Virus record (IMG/VR): IMGVR_UViG_3300042317_001497 | Length of the DNA stretch: 64,000 nucleotides | From: a virus | Direction: 5' to 3' (one strand) | Part shown: positions 54,812 to 63,737 of the stretch, piece by piece | How the letters are laid out: each line of letters opens with the position of its first letter | Numbering within the stretch: position 1 is the stretch's first letter | Notes under the pieces: generated by a model | Databases searched by the model: none | Told to the model about the DNA's origin: nothing | The model's input: only the letters and a program-made list of their open reading frames with translations | Made by a program: the position numbers and the translations under genes

Positions 54812-55137
54812 TAGGTGATCTCCGCCCCGAACAAAGAAAACGCCACGTTGGCGGTCCCGGCGAATACCGACACAACGTCGGTTGCCGCCAGTGAGATTCC
54901 AAGCGTCAAATAAAACGAATCATTCGCGTTTACGGAAGTATCATAAACGATGTAATGTTTGTTGCTTATTGACTCACCGGCCGGACGGACCGCGATACGA
55001 AAAGTCGTTGACACGCCCAAATTGCAGATGCTTACGGTGCTGACTACGGCCTGCGTAGCTGATGGAACCGTGTAAAGCGTTGTCAGTGTGCTGGCAGCCG
55101 GATTGGATTGCCCGAGTACTTTGTATGTTTGCGGCAT
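54811..55137 (-). CDS. Small virion/fibre-associated protein
   Basis: 108 aa MPQTYKVLGQSNPAA.T.T.LYTVP...VVST..ICN...FSLFGAEIT, a motif common in aquatic phages; stop overlaps the next start. Confidence 0.8.
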   Translation of the reverse strand: MPQTYKVLGQSNPAASTLTTLYTVPSATQAVVSTVSICNLGVSTTFRIAVRPAGESISNKHYIVYDTSVNANDSFYLTLGISLAATDVVSVFAGTANVAFSLFGAEIT

Positions 55138-56166
55138 TTACATACCTCCTAAAAGAAATGGATGAATTATAATATTATTAACAGCATCAATGAAATCACT
55201 AATATTAGAACTAGTATGAAAATGACCACTAACACTAACATCAATATTATTAACTTTTAAACTAGTTCCATCAAAAGTTAAATTAGTCTCAGCATTTATT
55301 CCTGTTGATGTTCCATCAGATGTTAATATTCTATTATTAGCATAATTAGTTATGCTAACTCCACCGCCGCCACCTGTTCCACTACTACTAATAGTTAAAG
55401 TATTAGCACTATCATTATAATCAAGAGTTATTCCACTACCAGCAATTAAAAATCCAGAACCAACAACATCTTGAACACTCTCATCAAAATTATTAATATA
55501 TGAACTATCAAGAGTTTTATTCAACCAAAGCCCACTCGCACTATTATAAATTAATGTTTGATTATTACTAACTCCACTAATAGCTACATTATGTAATTCT
55601 TCTAACTCAAAACCATTTTGTACTTTGATATATACTTTACCATTATTAGATTGTTTTCTTAATACATATCCTATAAACACCATATGATTTGGTGCGGATG
55701 GTTTGTTTGATGTGCCGTACACTACACCGCCAGAAACCGTGGGAGACAACCAGATAGTATCTCCAGCTACTGCTGCAGAATTGGTGTCTATTCCTTCTAG
55801 CAGTCCTTCTACTGTAACATACCCAAATTCATTATTTGATAAATTCTGCTGTAATAATCCTAATGTTTTGCTAGAAGAACTTTCTCCAGAAGCTATAGCT
55901 AATTGTATTGTTGGATTATCTCCTTGGGCGCCATTGATATAAACAGCTTGACCCTTAGTCATCGGGGATCCTGTTGTATTTTTTACATATAAAGGGACAT
56001 TGGATGTTAGGGGGGTTAGAGATGACCAATTATTAACGCCATCTCCAATTTTTAAGATACTATGTGATATATCAAATCCCGGTTCTCCACTTCCTAGAAC
56101 TGAGTTGGTGCTAGACCATTCAGAGAATGATCCTTTTCTAATTTGTATTAAATTATTAACTGGCAT
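55138..56166 (-). CDS. Fibre protein with Mtd-like N-terminal domain
   Basis: IQIRKGSFSEWSSTNSVLGSGEPGFD.....LKIGDGVNNWSSL matches the major tropism determinant N-terminal pattern. Confidence 0.8.
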   Translation of the reverse strand: MPVNNLIQIRKGSFSEWSSTNSVLGSGEPGFDISHSILKIGDGVNNWSSLTPLTSNVPLYVKNTTGSPMTKGQAVYINGAQGDNPTIQLAIASGESSSSKTLGLLQQNLSNNEFGYVTVEGLLEGIDTNSAAVAGDTIWLSPTVSGGVVYGTSNKPSAPNHMVFIGYVLRKQSNNGKVYIKVQNGFELEELHNVAISGVSNNQTLIYNSASGLWLNKTLDSSYINNFDESVQDVVGSGFLIAGSGITLDYNDSANTLTISSSGTGGGGGVSITNYANNRILTSDGTSTGINAETNLTFDGTSLKVNNIDVSVSGHFHTSSNISDFIDAVNNIIIHPFLLGGM

Positions 56167-56184
56167 AGCTCTAAATTCCTAATA

Positions 56185-57591
56185 TCAGGGAGTTCCACCA
56201 TCTATAGCACAATAGTAAAGAATTGTTGGACTACCAGCACTAACTCCACTTATACTAGTTAAACCATTAATACTTGTCAAAGTGTCACCCAATGAAACGG
56301 AACTTGAGCCAACTGTTATGCTACTATTAACCAATTGACTATTATCTACTCCACTAGCTTTAATAGTTACTGCTCCCGAACTTACACTAAAATCTCCACT
56401 ATCAAAAGATGCTATTCCTTTAACAGATGTTGAGGCGTCTTGAAAAACTCCTGATACTGAGCTTGTTACTCGACCATAAGAATCTGTGGTCACAGACTGT
56501 AGAAATGTGCTTCCTGCTGAACCGCTACTATCAGATCTACTTACTGTTGCTAAATCTATACTATCAGCATTAACAACAATTCTAGAAGAACTAGCGGTAC
56601 CAATATCTATTGTATTACCAGTTTTAGTTAAACCAGATCCGGCAGTAGTTTGACCAGCACCACTAAATTGAGCAAAGGTTAGGCTTGTGGATTCTAGTGT
56701 AATAGTATCGTTGGTTGTTAAAACCCAACCGCTATCACTATTTGTAGAACCCTCTGTTACGAAAGTAAACATGCCTGCGGTGACTTCAGTATCACTATCA
56801 GCATCAGATGAGCGACTCCAGCTTCCAACAGCAGCAGTATAAATACCATTTTGACTACCAACACTTTGATCTTTTACTAATACTCTATCACCAGACACAA
56901 TATTTACACCATCAATAGTTTGAGCGCCACTCAACGTTATATTCTCTGTGGTGGCCGCCCTAACGCTCTGTTTAACGTCTAATCCGCTACGAGCAGCATC
57001 AACATAAGCTTTAGTAGCAGCATCACTATCAGATGTTGGGGTAGCTAATGATGTAATTTTTTGACTATTTAAAGATACTGATCCTGATGGGGCAGCCATT
57101 TGATCCAAACGATTAGTTCTTACAACAGTGTTAAAATCATTAATATTACTAGCAAGTAAACCGCTACCACCAACGGTTAAATTACCAGTAACACTAATAT
57201 TAGCAGCATTTAGCGTAAAATTAGCAGCGCCAGTTCCGCTGCTCGTTATACTGTTGATTCCTGTGAGATCTCTATTAAGACCAACCATAAGCTGATCATT
57301 GAAAACATTATCGTCCTCATAGGAAAATACGATATTGCTATCATATGCTCCGTTTCCGGGAGCACCTGCCCCGGTTAGTAAGTTTGCTACTCTATCATCA
57401 ATAATTTCATTTAATTCTGTTGGTAATGTTGTGGCCCAATCTAAACTGCTCCATACTGTTGATCCGTCTCCAATTTTAAATTTCTTTAGTGTTGTATCAT
57501 ATCCTATTTCTCCTGCTGATAAAGCATCAGAAGATAAGGCCCATTGAACTGACGAACCTCTTCTTAATTGTACTTTTGTTTGAACTGGCAT
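56185..57591 (-). CDS. Fibre protein with Mtd-like N-terminal domain
   Basis: VQLRRG...W......L.AGEIGYDT..KKFKIGDG...W..L; common fibre block DAATKAYVD...GLDVKQSVRAATT...GDRVLVKDQ...QNGIY; ends IDGGTP. Confidence 0.8.
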   Translation of the reverse strand: MPVQTKVQLRRGSSVQWALSSDALSAGEIGYDTTLKKFKIGDGSTVWSSLDWATTLPTELNEIIDDRVANLLTGAGAPGNGAYDSNIVFSYEDDNVFNDQLMVGLNRDLTGINSITSSGTGAANFTLNAANISVTGNLTVGGSGLLASNINDFNTVVRTNRLDQMAAPSGSVSLNSQKITSLATPTSDSDAATKAYVDAARSGLDVKQSVRAATTENITLSGAQTIDGVNIVSGDRVLVKDQSVGSQNGIYTAAVGSWSRSSDADSDTEVTAGMFTFVTEGSTNSDSGWVLTTNDTITLESTSLTFAQFSGAGQTTAGSGLTKTGNTIDIGTASSSRIVVNADSIDLATVSRSDSSGSAGSTFLQSVTTDSYGRVTSSVSGVFQDASTSVKGIASFDSGDFSVSSGAVTIKASGVDNSQLVNSSITVGSSSVSLGDTLTSINGLTSISGVSAGSPTILYYCAIDGGTP

Positions 57592-57614
57592 TTTATTTCT
57601 CCATTATTTCATAA

Positions 57615-57875
57615 TCAGGGCGAGCCACAATCAAAATGATAATTATCTAAATATTCTGCTAATCCACTAATTCTTGCTACTGGAAAATCACCAATTATTC
57701 TATTAACTGGATAGTCTGGTAAATCACTAGGAAGTATTCTTTCAACATTAATTACATCAATATTATATTGATCATATCTTTGTATTTCAATATTATTAAT
57801 ATTATCAACAAAACTAGTCTCAATATCTATTGTATACACTTGAGGATCAGTAATTTCAACTATAAAATTGCTCAT
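57615..57875 (-). CDS. Small hypothetical virion protein
   Basis: 86 aa; overlaps the upstream stop by 4 nt; ends FDCGSP, like the IDGGTP terminus of the next gene. Confidence 0.7.
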   Translation of the reverse strand: MSNFIVEITDPQVYTIDIETSFVDNINNIEIQRYDQYNIDVINVERILPSDLPDYPVNRIIGDFPVARISGLAEYLDNYHFDCGSP

Positions 57876-58276
57876 ATATTACAATCCATATTGGATGAAA
57901 TTTGACTAAATCTTTTTACAATAGTTATAACTCCATAAAGAATTCTAGTAGTATATTTCCCTCCTCCATTATATAGATCGTCTGGACTTTGTAGTTCAAG
58001 ATCGTATTTAGCTGTACTAAAATTAAAACTATTAGTAGTTGTTGAGGGGAATAAAAGTGTTAACTTTCCATTTGGTTCATCTATCTCGAATCTATAAACA
58101 TCATGATTATTATTATTAGATGAAAATATTTGAGTAGTAGTACTATTTGTTTTCCAAATAACTCTTGCACACCAACCAGTCAAATTCACAGGAGCTCCAC
58201 TAGCATCTTTATATATCAAAGATAGTCTAAAAGACGTACCTTGCTCTATAGCGAAATCATATTTGGCCGCTGCCAT
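57872..58276 (-). CDS. BppU/LtfC-like beta-sandwich virion protein
   Basis: 134 aa; YDFAIEQG.SF...L.YKD..G.PVNLTG..AR...YDLEL...RIL.G pattern. Confidence 0.7.
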   Translation of the reverse strand: MAAAKYDFAIEQGTSFRLSLIYKDASGAPVNLTGWCARVIWKTNSTTTQIFSSNNNNHDVYRFEIDEPNGKLTLLFPSTTTNSFNFSTAKYDLELQSPDDLYNGGGKYTTRILYGVITIVKRFSQISSNMDCNI

Positions 58277-58325
58277 AGTTGTCGCCCTATATTTAAAAAG
58301 TTATTTTGATCGATCTATAATAAGA

Positions 58326-58331
58326 TACACC
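58326..58331 (-). promoter_or_regulatory. GGTGTA motif, candidate late promoter element
   Basis: Immediately after the MCP terminator, 50 nt upstream of ATG 58276. Confidence 0.5.
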
Positions 58332-58332
58332 C

Positions 58333-58362
58333 AAAAAAAAAGGCCGGCGCAAAGCCAGCCTT
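58333..58362 (-). terminator. Intrinsic terminator after the major capsid gene
   Basis: - strand AAGGCTGGC-TTTGC-GCCGGCCTT hairpin followed by a run of T, ~30 nt after the MCP stop. Confidence 0.85.
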
Positions 58363-58394
58363 CTTTTATTTCGCTATTAATATAGCTAATTAAA

Positions 58395-59405
58395 TTATAG
58401 AGCGCCAAGAACAACTCTACGGTTGTCGAGAACAGCAAAACCGTGCTCTGACCAACCATAGAAACCGGCTCTCTTCTGACGATGTAGTGTATCATCTTCG
58501 AAGATTTGAACCTCTTGACGAACTGGCATAATAAATGTATCGTTCTTGCTCTGATCAAGACCAACAACGATTTCACTCTTAGTACCGGGTAGTGCGCCAG
58601 AAAGAATATTACTATAGAATAGCTGATATTCTTGACCAACGCCTAGTTCATCTAGATCATGAAGATTAACACCGAACACACGATTAAGAGTACCGTCAGC
58701 AGCTGTATAGATCTCACGACGAGTAATTTCGTCGATCTGATCGATACCCCAGTTACGAATATCTTCCATAGATTCTGGAGAAACGTAAAGGTCTGTTAGG
58801 ATAGCTCTGTTATTAGATGCTGAGTTACCACCACCGTTACGACGCATAACGGTCTTCATGAGGCTAACAAGTCTCTTTGTAAACTGATTTGTATTAGCAT
58901 CACTATCATAAACTACGATGTTACGATCAACACCAGCAGCTAGAACAGTATGCCAACCGTCATCGTTCATCTTCTTAACAAAGGAGCCTTCTAGAACCTC
59001 CATAGCACGACCCACAACGTCCCAGCGGGCATCTCTGGCATACTTTAAGAGATAGTCGATTGAAGAGCCAACGTCGTAGGTTGGTACCATGACGTAATCG
59101 CTCTCAACATGACGCTCTGGAATATAGCCATGATTAGGAACAGTATAGGCAACAAAGTCCTTTTCTGTACCTGGAGCTAGGAAGTCTAATGGAAATTCTG
59201 GAGTAGCATTTTGAGCTAATTGAATTGGCTCGAAAATACCATTTAAAATATCACCACTGAGTAGACCCTTTCTCAATGGAAGCTCTAGTGCTTTAGCAAT
59301 TTCTGCATTAGCAGCTAGGGCTACTTCTCTATTTGGTGAACCAGAACGAACTAAAAGTTCAGTTAATTCTGGAGCGGGCTGAAATTTTTGCGTTTTCGAT
59401 GACAT
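58395..59405 (-). CDS. Major capsid protein (HK97 fold)
   Basis: 336 aa after the decoration gene; GGAG RBS; followed by a terminator; HK97-like motifs (A.YTVP..G.IP, ...GFYGWSEHGFAVLDNRRV). Confidence 0.85.
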   Translation of the reverse strand: MSSKTQKFQPAPELTELLVRSGSPNREVALAANAEIAKALELPLRKGLLSGDILNGIFEPIQLAQNATPEFPLDFLAPGTEKDFVAYTVPNHGYIPERHVESDYVMVPTYDVGSSIDYLLKYARDARWDVVGRAMEVLEGSFVKKMNDDGWHTVLAAGVDRNIVVYDSDANTNQFTKRLVSLMKTVMRRNGGGNSASNNRAILTDLYVSPESMEDIRNWGIDQIDEITRREIYTAADGTLNRVFGVNLHDLDELGVGQEYQLFYSNILSGALPGTKSEIVVGLDQSKNDTFIMPVRQEVQIFEDDTLHRQKRAGFYGWSEHGFAVLDNRRVVLGAL

Positions 59406-59419
59406 TGCTTTCTCCCTTA

Positions 59420-59878
59420 TCAGGTAATGTTGATATCTACTTTAACGTAACCGTCTGCATCAAGGACACTAAGGAATCTACCGACCTTAACACTATTAGT
59501 GCTTGTGGTTGTTAAATAACCACTGCCATCATAGTAAGCGTCAGCCCCAGCAGTTGGAGTAACACCATTGGCAACAAGGTTAGTTGTTACTTGACCTTGA
59601 CGCAAGACTGTAGCTTTGCCACCAACTGGAACCTCGTCTCTGTACCAGTTAAGATGCTGTCTAGTTAGATCATAACTAACAACATCATTTAGTAGCAAGC
59701 CTGCTGGTTTTGTGCCACTAGGAGTGCCAGTAGGATATGCTACTAGACTTAGAGCATCATCTAGGGCTACGCCGCTACCAGAAGAAACGTGTACTACAAT
59801 ACCGCCTCTTTCTGATGCAGTGTTAATGAAATTGGATACGTCTGTGTATGATTCAACACGATGTGGTTTAAGAGCCAT
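59420..59878 (-). CDS. Capsid decoration/cement protein
   Basis: 152 aa between scaffold and MCP; G.K.TVL..G.V.T...G..P.AG..AY...G.L pattern typical of beta-tulip cement proteins. Confidence 0.7.
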   Translation of the reverse strand: MALKPHRVESYTDVSNFINTASERGGIVVHVSSGSGVALDDALSLVAYPTGTPSGTKPAGLLLNDVVSYDLTRQHLNWYRDEVPVGGKATVLRQGQVTTNLVANGVTPTAGADAYYDGSGYLTTTSTNSVKVGRFLSVLDADGYVKVDINIT

Positions 59879-59898
59879 TTGATTTCTCCCTATTAATT

Positions 59899-61434
59899 TT
59901 AGAGTTTTTTACCGAGTCTACTAGAAATAAATTCAACCAAGGCGGCGCGTGTTGTTTCAACGGCTGATTCAACCTGACCACCAATACTGAGACTAACGCT
60001 ATCTTCAACTTCAACAGTGTCGAGAGCTTCAATATCTACTGAGGATTTAGTGCTTTTACCTGAATCAGCATCTTCTTGATCTTTTGAATCTTCGTCTGCT
60101 GGTTTATCTTTTTTTGAAGCAGTCTTCTCTTCTTCTTTATCTTCTTCTTTATCTTTTTCTTTATCTTTTTTCTTAAGAAAAGGAGGAAGAGTTTTAGCAA
60201 AAACAGAGGTCATAGTAGCGAAAGTTTCGTCGTCTAATGACTCAAACTTATCAGCTGTTGATGTTGCTGTCTCAGAATCGATACCAAGTTCAACTAGAGC
60301 AGCAACTCTCTTCATTTTCTTTTCTTTCTTAGCCATCTCTTGTTCTTTGTTCTTATATGCTGTTATAATTTCTGAGGCACCTTCAAGATCTTGGCCTAAT
60401 TTTTCATTGGCCTGAATAAGATCTTCGTTTTGCTTTTTGAGATCTTCGAGACTGGCAAATGTTGTATTTGCTGATTCTGTTTTGGTATTAACTTCAGCTT
60501 CTAGAGCAACAACCTTGTTCTGTAGTTCTACAATTTGAGCGTGAGCTTCTGAACAATCTGATGCTTGTACTGTTGCTGTAGTATCTTCTGAATTCATAGT
60601 AATGTTCTCCGCATTAAGGTTGGACACTTTATTTGATACACCCATATCTTGTAAAACTGTATTTTTTTCGTTAGAAAAATTTTCATTAGCTTTAGTTACA
60701 AGATTATTCGATAAAATTATACTATCTGGATTAGCTGGTTTGTCAACAAATCCTTTACCAGAAAAATTAATATTTCTTAGAACTCTACCAATTTTATAGT
60801 CTTGATGTTCTCCTACTCCACCATATGCTCTAAGGTATTTTGTTAAAAATGCTGTTTCTTCATTTCTAGCTAAAACTTTATACTCTCCAGTACTTTTATT
60901 AACTAATCCATAATCAAAACCAGTAAATAAACACTCCATACTAACGTATTTAGTACCTTCTTCTATTTCTGATATTAGTTTATGTGTTCTTTCTTGTAGT
61001 TCTGGTATAGAAAACCCTTTATAGATAACGGATCCTGTTAAAATATGATATTTTGCAGGTAGTTCTGACGCTGGGGTTTCCTCACTGATGAGCTCTCCAT
61101 TTTCTGTTATTGGCCAATTTGATGTAATATGACCGATAATGGTACTCTCGTCGTGTTCTAGATTTGTTGGTTTGTCCTCTGGGCTATTTCTAGCCGCCCA
61201 GACCTCTTCTTTATCAAAAATATCATCATTTTTATTCCATGATGTAGTAACTAAAATAGATTGTAAATAGTATAAATCGCCATCATTAATAGATGCTAAA
61301 CTTTTATTCATATTTTTAATATGTTTTTTATCTATTATAGAAGAAGGAGAAACAGCAGAAGCATAACAAATTGATGCAGATGTTTGGAGTTTATGCTCAA
61401 GACCATCCGAAATTTCTTGCTGAAAAATTTTCAT
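59899..61434 (-). CDS. Prohead protease fused to scaffold
   Basis: N-terminal domain with NKNDD.F, N.EHD...IIGH, VSME, F.G.G.V..PA motifs; C-terminal coiled coil with acidic/Lys-rich tail; directly after the portal. Confidence 0.75.
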   Translation of the reverse strand: MKIFQQEISDGLEHKLQTSASICYASAVSPSSIIDKKHIKNMNKSLASINDGDLYYLQSILVTTSWNKNDDIFDKEEVWAARNSPEDKPTNLEHDESTIIGHITSNWPITENGELISEETPASELPAKYHILTGSVIYKGFSIPELQERTHKLISEIEEGTKYVSMECLFTGFDYGLVNKSTGEYKVLARNEETAFLTKYLRAYGGVGEHQDYKIGRVLRNINFSGKGFVDKPANPDSIILSNNLVTKANENFSNEKNTVLQDMGVSNKVSNLNAENITMNSEDTTATVQASDCSEAHAQIVELQNKVVALEAEVNTKTESANTTFASLEDLKKQNEDLIQANEKLGQDLEGASEIITAYKNKEQEMAKKEKKMKRVAALVELGIDSETATSTADKFESLDDETFATMTSVFAKTLPPFLKKKDKEKDKEEDKEEEKTASKKDKPADEDSKDQEDADSGKSTKSSVDIEALDTVEVEDSVSLSIGGQVESAVETTRAALVEFISSRLGKKL

Positions 61435-61458
61435 TATTTATACCTTATTTGATGATGT

Positions 61459-63666
61459 TTATGCGTTGCTAATATACACCGTAGAGTAAAATGATGCTTT
61501 AGCTTGTTTTTGTTCATCCACAGTTAAGCTATAGTTTAAATCATTTTCTATGTTTTTTAGCCATAATTTATAAGCAACTACTAGGTGTGTTTGGTTCTCA
61601 GAGTCTATCTTTGCAAAAGATTCAAAGATCGTGTCTTGACCAACTTTTGAAAATGGATCTAGTCCAAATAATACTTTTGTTTTTATATTTTCTATCTCTT
61701 GGGATTCTACTGAAGAAAGACTTCTTAAATTTTTCTTATTATAAAATTCTAATAAAATAGGATTAAGTATCTCGCTAACTTTATCTTGAGCTTTATTCGC
61801 CCAAATCATTAAACCTGCGCCTGTTTGAGGTTTGAAAACTTTAGTTTTTCGCTTTTCTTGATCTTTGCTAGTTTTTGGTCTTCCCTGTCCTGGTTGCCCA
61901 GGCAACGATTCAGGAGAATCGTTTGCCAACTTGGTTGGTGAACTTGGTACTTTCATTTGAAGAGCACTTTGTTCACCAGATTTCTTTTTCTCTAATTCAA
62001 GACCTACCTGACTAGGAGCCACTACCCCTGTCTGTAAAGCAATCTTTTTAAGACTATTTTCTGGAGTAGGATCGAACCAAGGACCGGCTTTTTGAACCAT
62101 TCTCTCGCTATCTCTTTCTCTGTTTTCTCTATTAAGTCTACTCTTCTCCATATCAGGATCCATGCCAAATTTAGTTTGTAATAATTCGTCGGATATAAGA
62201 TTTCTATCAGCTAGTTGTATTAGTAGTGCTTTTTCTGAATCTTCGTTAGATAAATCCATTCTATCAAATTCTATCTTAGCTGGATACTTAAAACCCATTG
62301 CTTTTTGTACTAACATAATTTCATTTTCCCAAAATTTTGTTAATACTTCTCTACCATATTGTAATCTTTGTGTTAATGTTTTTAATGAAATAAAATTATT
62401 CGTTGTACCACCGGAAGCAAAAGTTCCTGTTAATGTGGGAGGAATACCTAAGCCAGCATAAACATTATTCATATGGGGTATATATTTGGCTTCTCCTAAA
62501 AATTGATGAACAGTGGTCTTAGACTCTAACATTTCTATATCTGGACCCCAAATAATATCCATAGTACCACCACCAACATTATTTCCTAGTATTTGTGCTA
62601 ATTTAGATGTTGCTGCTTTAGTAGGAATAATTCTATGTTCTAGATTACCTAATTTAAAAATCCTAATATTAGAAATAGCTCCGTCAAGAGCCGCCATATC
62701 TGCTAATTTAAGTTTTTCTACAATAGTTATATCGTCCATAATGGAATATATCATAGGAAAAGCCCAAGACTGCCAATCGTCTTTTTTATAGTGGCAAACT
62801 ATAGTTTTATCAGGATCCAAAGGAAATGGTTTTTTAGTTTTTGCCGCGTCTATAATTTGCTGAGGTAATGATTCTACAACTAATTTTTCTTCTGGTGTTT
62901 TAGGAGTATTTATAGCCTTACTCAAAGACGCCGGTAGTTGTAAGACATAATTTTTCTTATTAGAAAATGACGATAAAGACCCTCCAGCAACATCAACAAA
63001 TACAGGATCTATAAAAGTATATTTCCAAGGAATTTCTCTTTTCTCAACAGAGGGAGAGTTCTGATCAATATCGCTAACGATAGTATCAGCAGTACCTAGA
63101 CTTTGATATAGTTGTACTCCAGATTTTAAAGTTAATTTTGCTGTTCTTCTATCTATAACAACATTACCAGATCTGTATAAATTATTTATTAGTCTTTCAG
63201 ATCTATCTTTTCCTTCTATTTTTTTAAACCAGCGACGATAAAATCTTTCTGTTCTTTTGTTCTTGTGAACTATTCTGATTCCTTGAGTAGCAAAATCTCC
63301 CATAAGATCAACCACGTTTTTGACTAAACCAACTCTTTGATAAATATCGTCAGCTCTTTTTAGAATTTCCTTTACTCTTTGTGGAACCGCTTCATCTGGT
63401 CTAAAATAATCATAGTCAGATTTGGTAAATCCGGGTCTGCTACCAGTAAGACCATCTAAATTAGAATAGTCCAATCCGTATCTTCTCATACTTACTGCTT
63501 TTTCTGAAGATGATGCTAAACCAACAAATTCTTCTAAAGATTCTCCAGATTTTTTAAAAGCTTCTTGTTTACTGGCTAAATCCTCTCCCCATGTAACATA
63601 AGCATCTGATTGGGGAATGGCCGCATTATTAATAGCATTTTGTTTAGAATTTTTTTTATTAGCCAT
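61459..63666 (-). CDS. Portal protein
   Basis: 735 aa immediately after the terminase; N.YR.GNV motif, 'I..GLGIP..L' stem helix and charged C-terminal tail. Confidence 0.8.
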   Translation of the reverse strand: MANKKNSKQNAINNAAIPQSDAYVTWGEDLASKQEAFKKSGESLEEFVGLASSSEKAVSMRRYGLDYSNLDGLTGSRPGFTKSDYDYFRPDEAVPQRVKEILKRADDIYQRVGLVKNVVDLMGDFATQGIRIVHKNKRTERFYRRWFKKIEGKDRSERLINNLYRSGNVVIDRRTAKLTLKSGVQLYQSLGTADTIVSDIDQNSPSVEKREIPWKYTFIDPVFVDVAGGSLSSFSNKKNYVLQLPASLSKAINTPKTPEEKLVVESLPQQIIDAAKTKKPFPLDPDKTIVCHYKKDDWQSWAFPMIYSIMDDITIVEKLKLADMAALDGAISNIRIFKLGNLEHRIIPTKAATSKLAQILGNNVGGGTMDIIWGPDIEMLESKTTVHQFLGEAKYIPHMNNVYAGLGIPPTLTGTFASGGTTNNFISLKTLTQRLQYGREVLTKFWENEIMLVQKAMGFKYPAKIEFDRMDLSNEDSEKALLIQLADRNLISDELLQTKFGMDPDMEKSRLNRENRERDSERMVQKAGPWFDPTPENSLKKIALQTGVVAPSQVGLELEKKKSGEQSALQMKVPSSPTKLANDSPESLPGQPGQGRPKTSKDQEKRKTKVFKPQTGAGLMIWANKAQDKVSEILNPILLEFYNKKNLRSLSSVESQEIENIKTKVLFGLDPFSKVGQDTIFESFAKIDSENQTHLVVAYKLWLKNIENDLNYSLTVDEQKQAKASFYSTVYISNA
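61475..61480 (-). promoter_or_regulatory. GGTGTA motif, candidate late promoter element
   Basis: In the last codons of the portal gene, ~40 nt upstream of ATG 61434. A TGTGTA variant (63723-63728) precedes the portal. Confidence 0.4.
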
Positions 63667-63737
63667 AATTATTTATAATTGTATTGTGATTAGATTATAT
63701 TTGAATCGAGAATACTGTAATATACACACTTTATTCT

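Larger units (their letters stand above)
53010..55137 (-). mobile_element. High-GC, horizontally acquired fibre cassette (three genes)
   Basis: Sampled 60-nt lines: 40/60 GC at 53221 and 32/60 at 53701, versus 13/60 at 55201. The shift is sharp at the ATG at 55137 and near 53010. Confidence 0.85.

Noticed and set aside
58395-59878. Mildly higher GC in the capsid and decoration genes as a sign of horizontal transfer
   Set aside because: The shift is modest and fits codon bias of highly expressed genes (C-ending codons), unlike the sharp cassette at 53010-55137.
60060-60200. Lys/Glu/Asp low-complexity tract in the scaffold
   Set aside because: Charged flexible tails are ordinary in phage scaffold proteins.
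1610-62791. The many other short + strand ORFs inside large - strand genes, including those in the high-GC cassette
   Set aside because: They are fully nested antisense to long, motif-bearing genes; stop-poor antisense frames are expected, especially in the GC-rich part.
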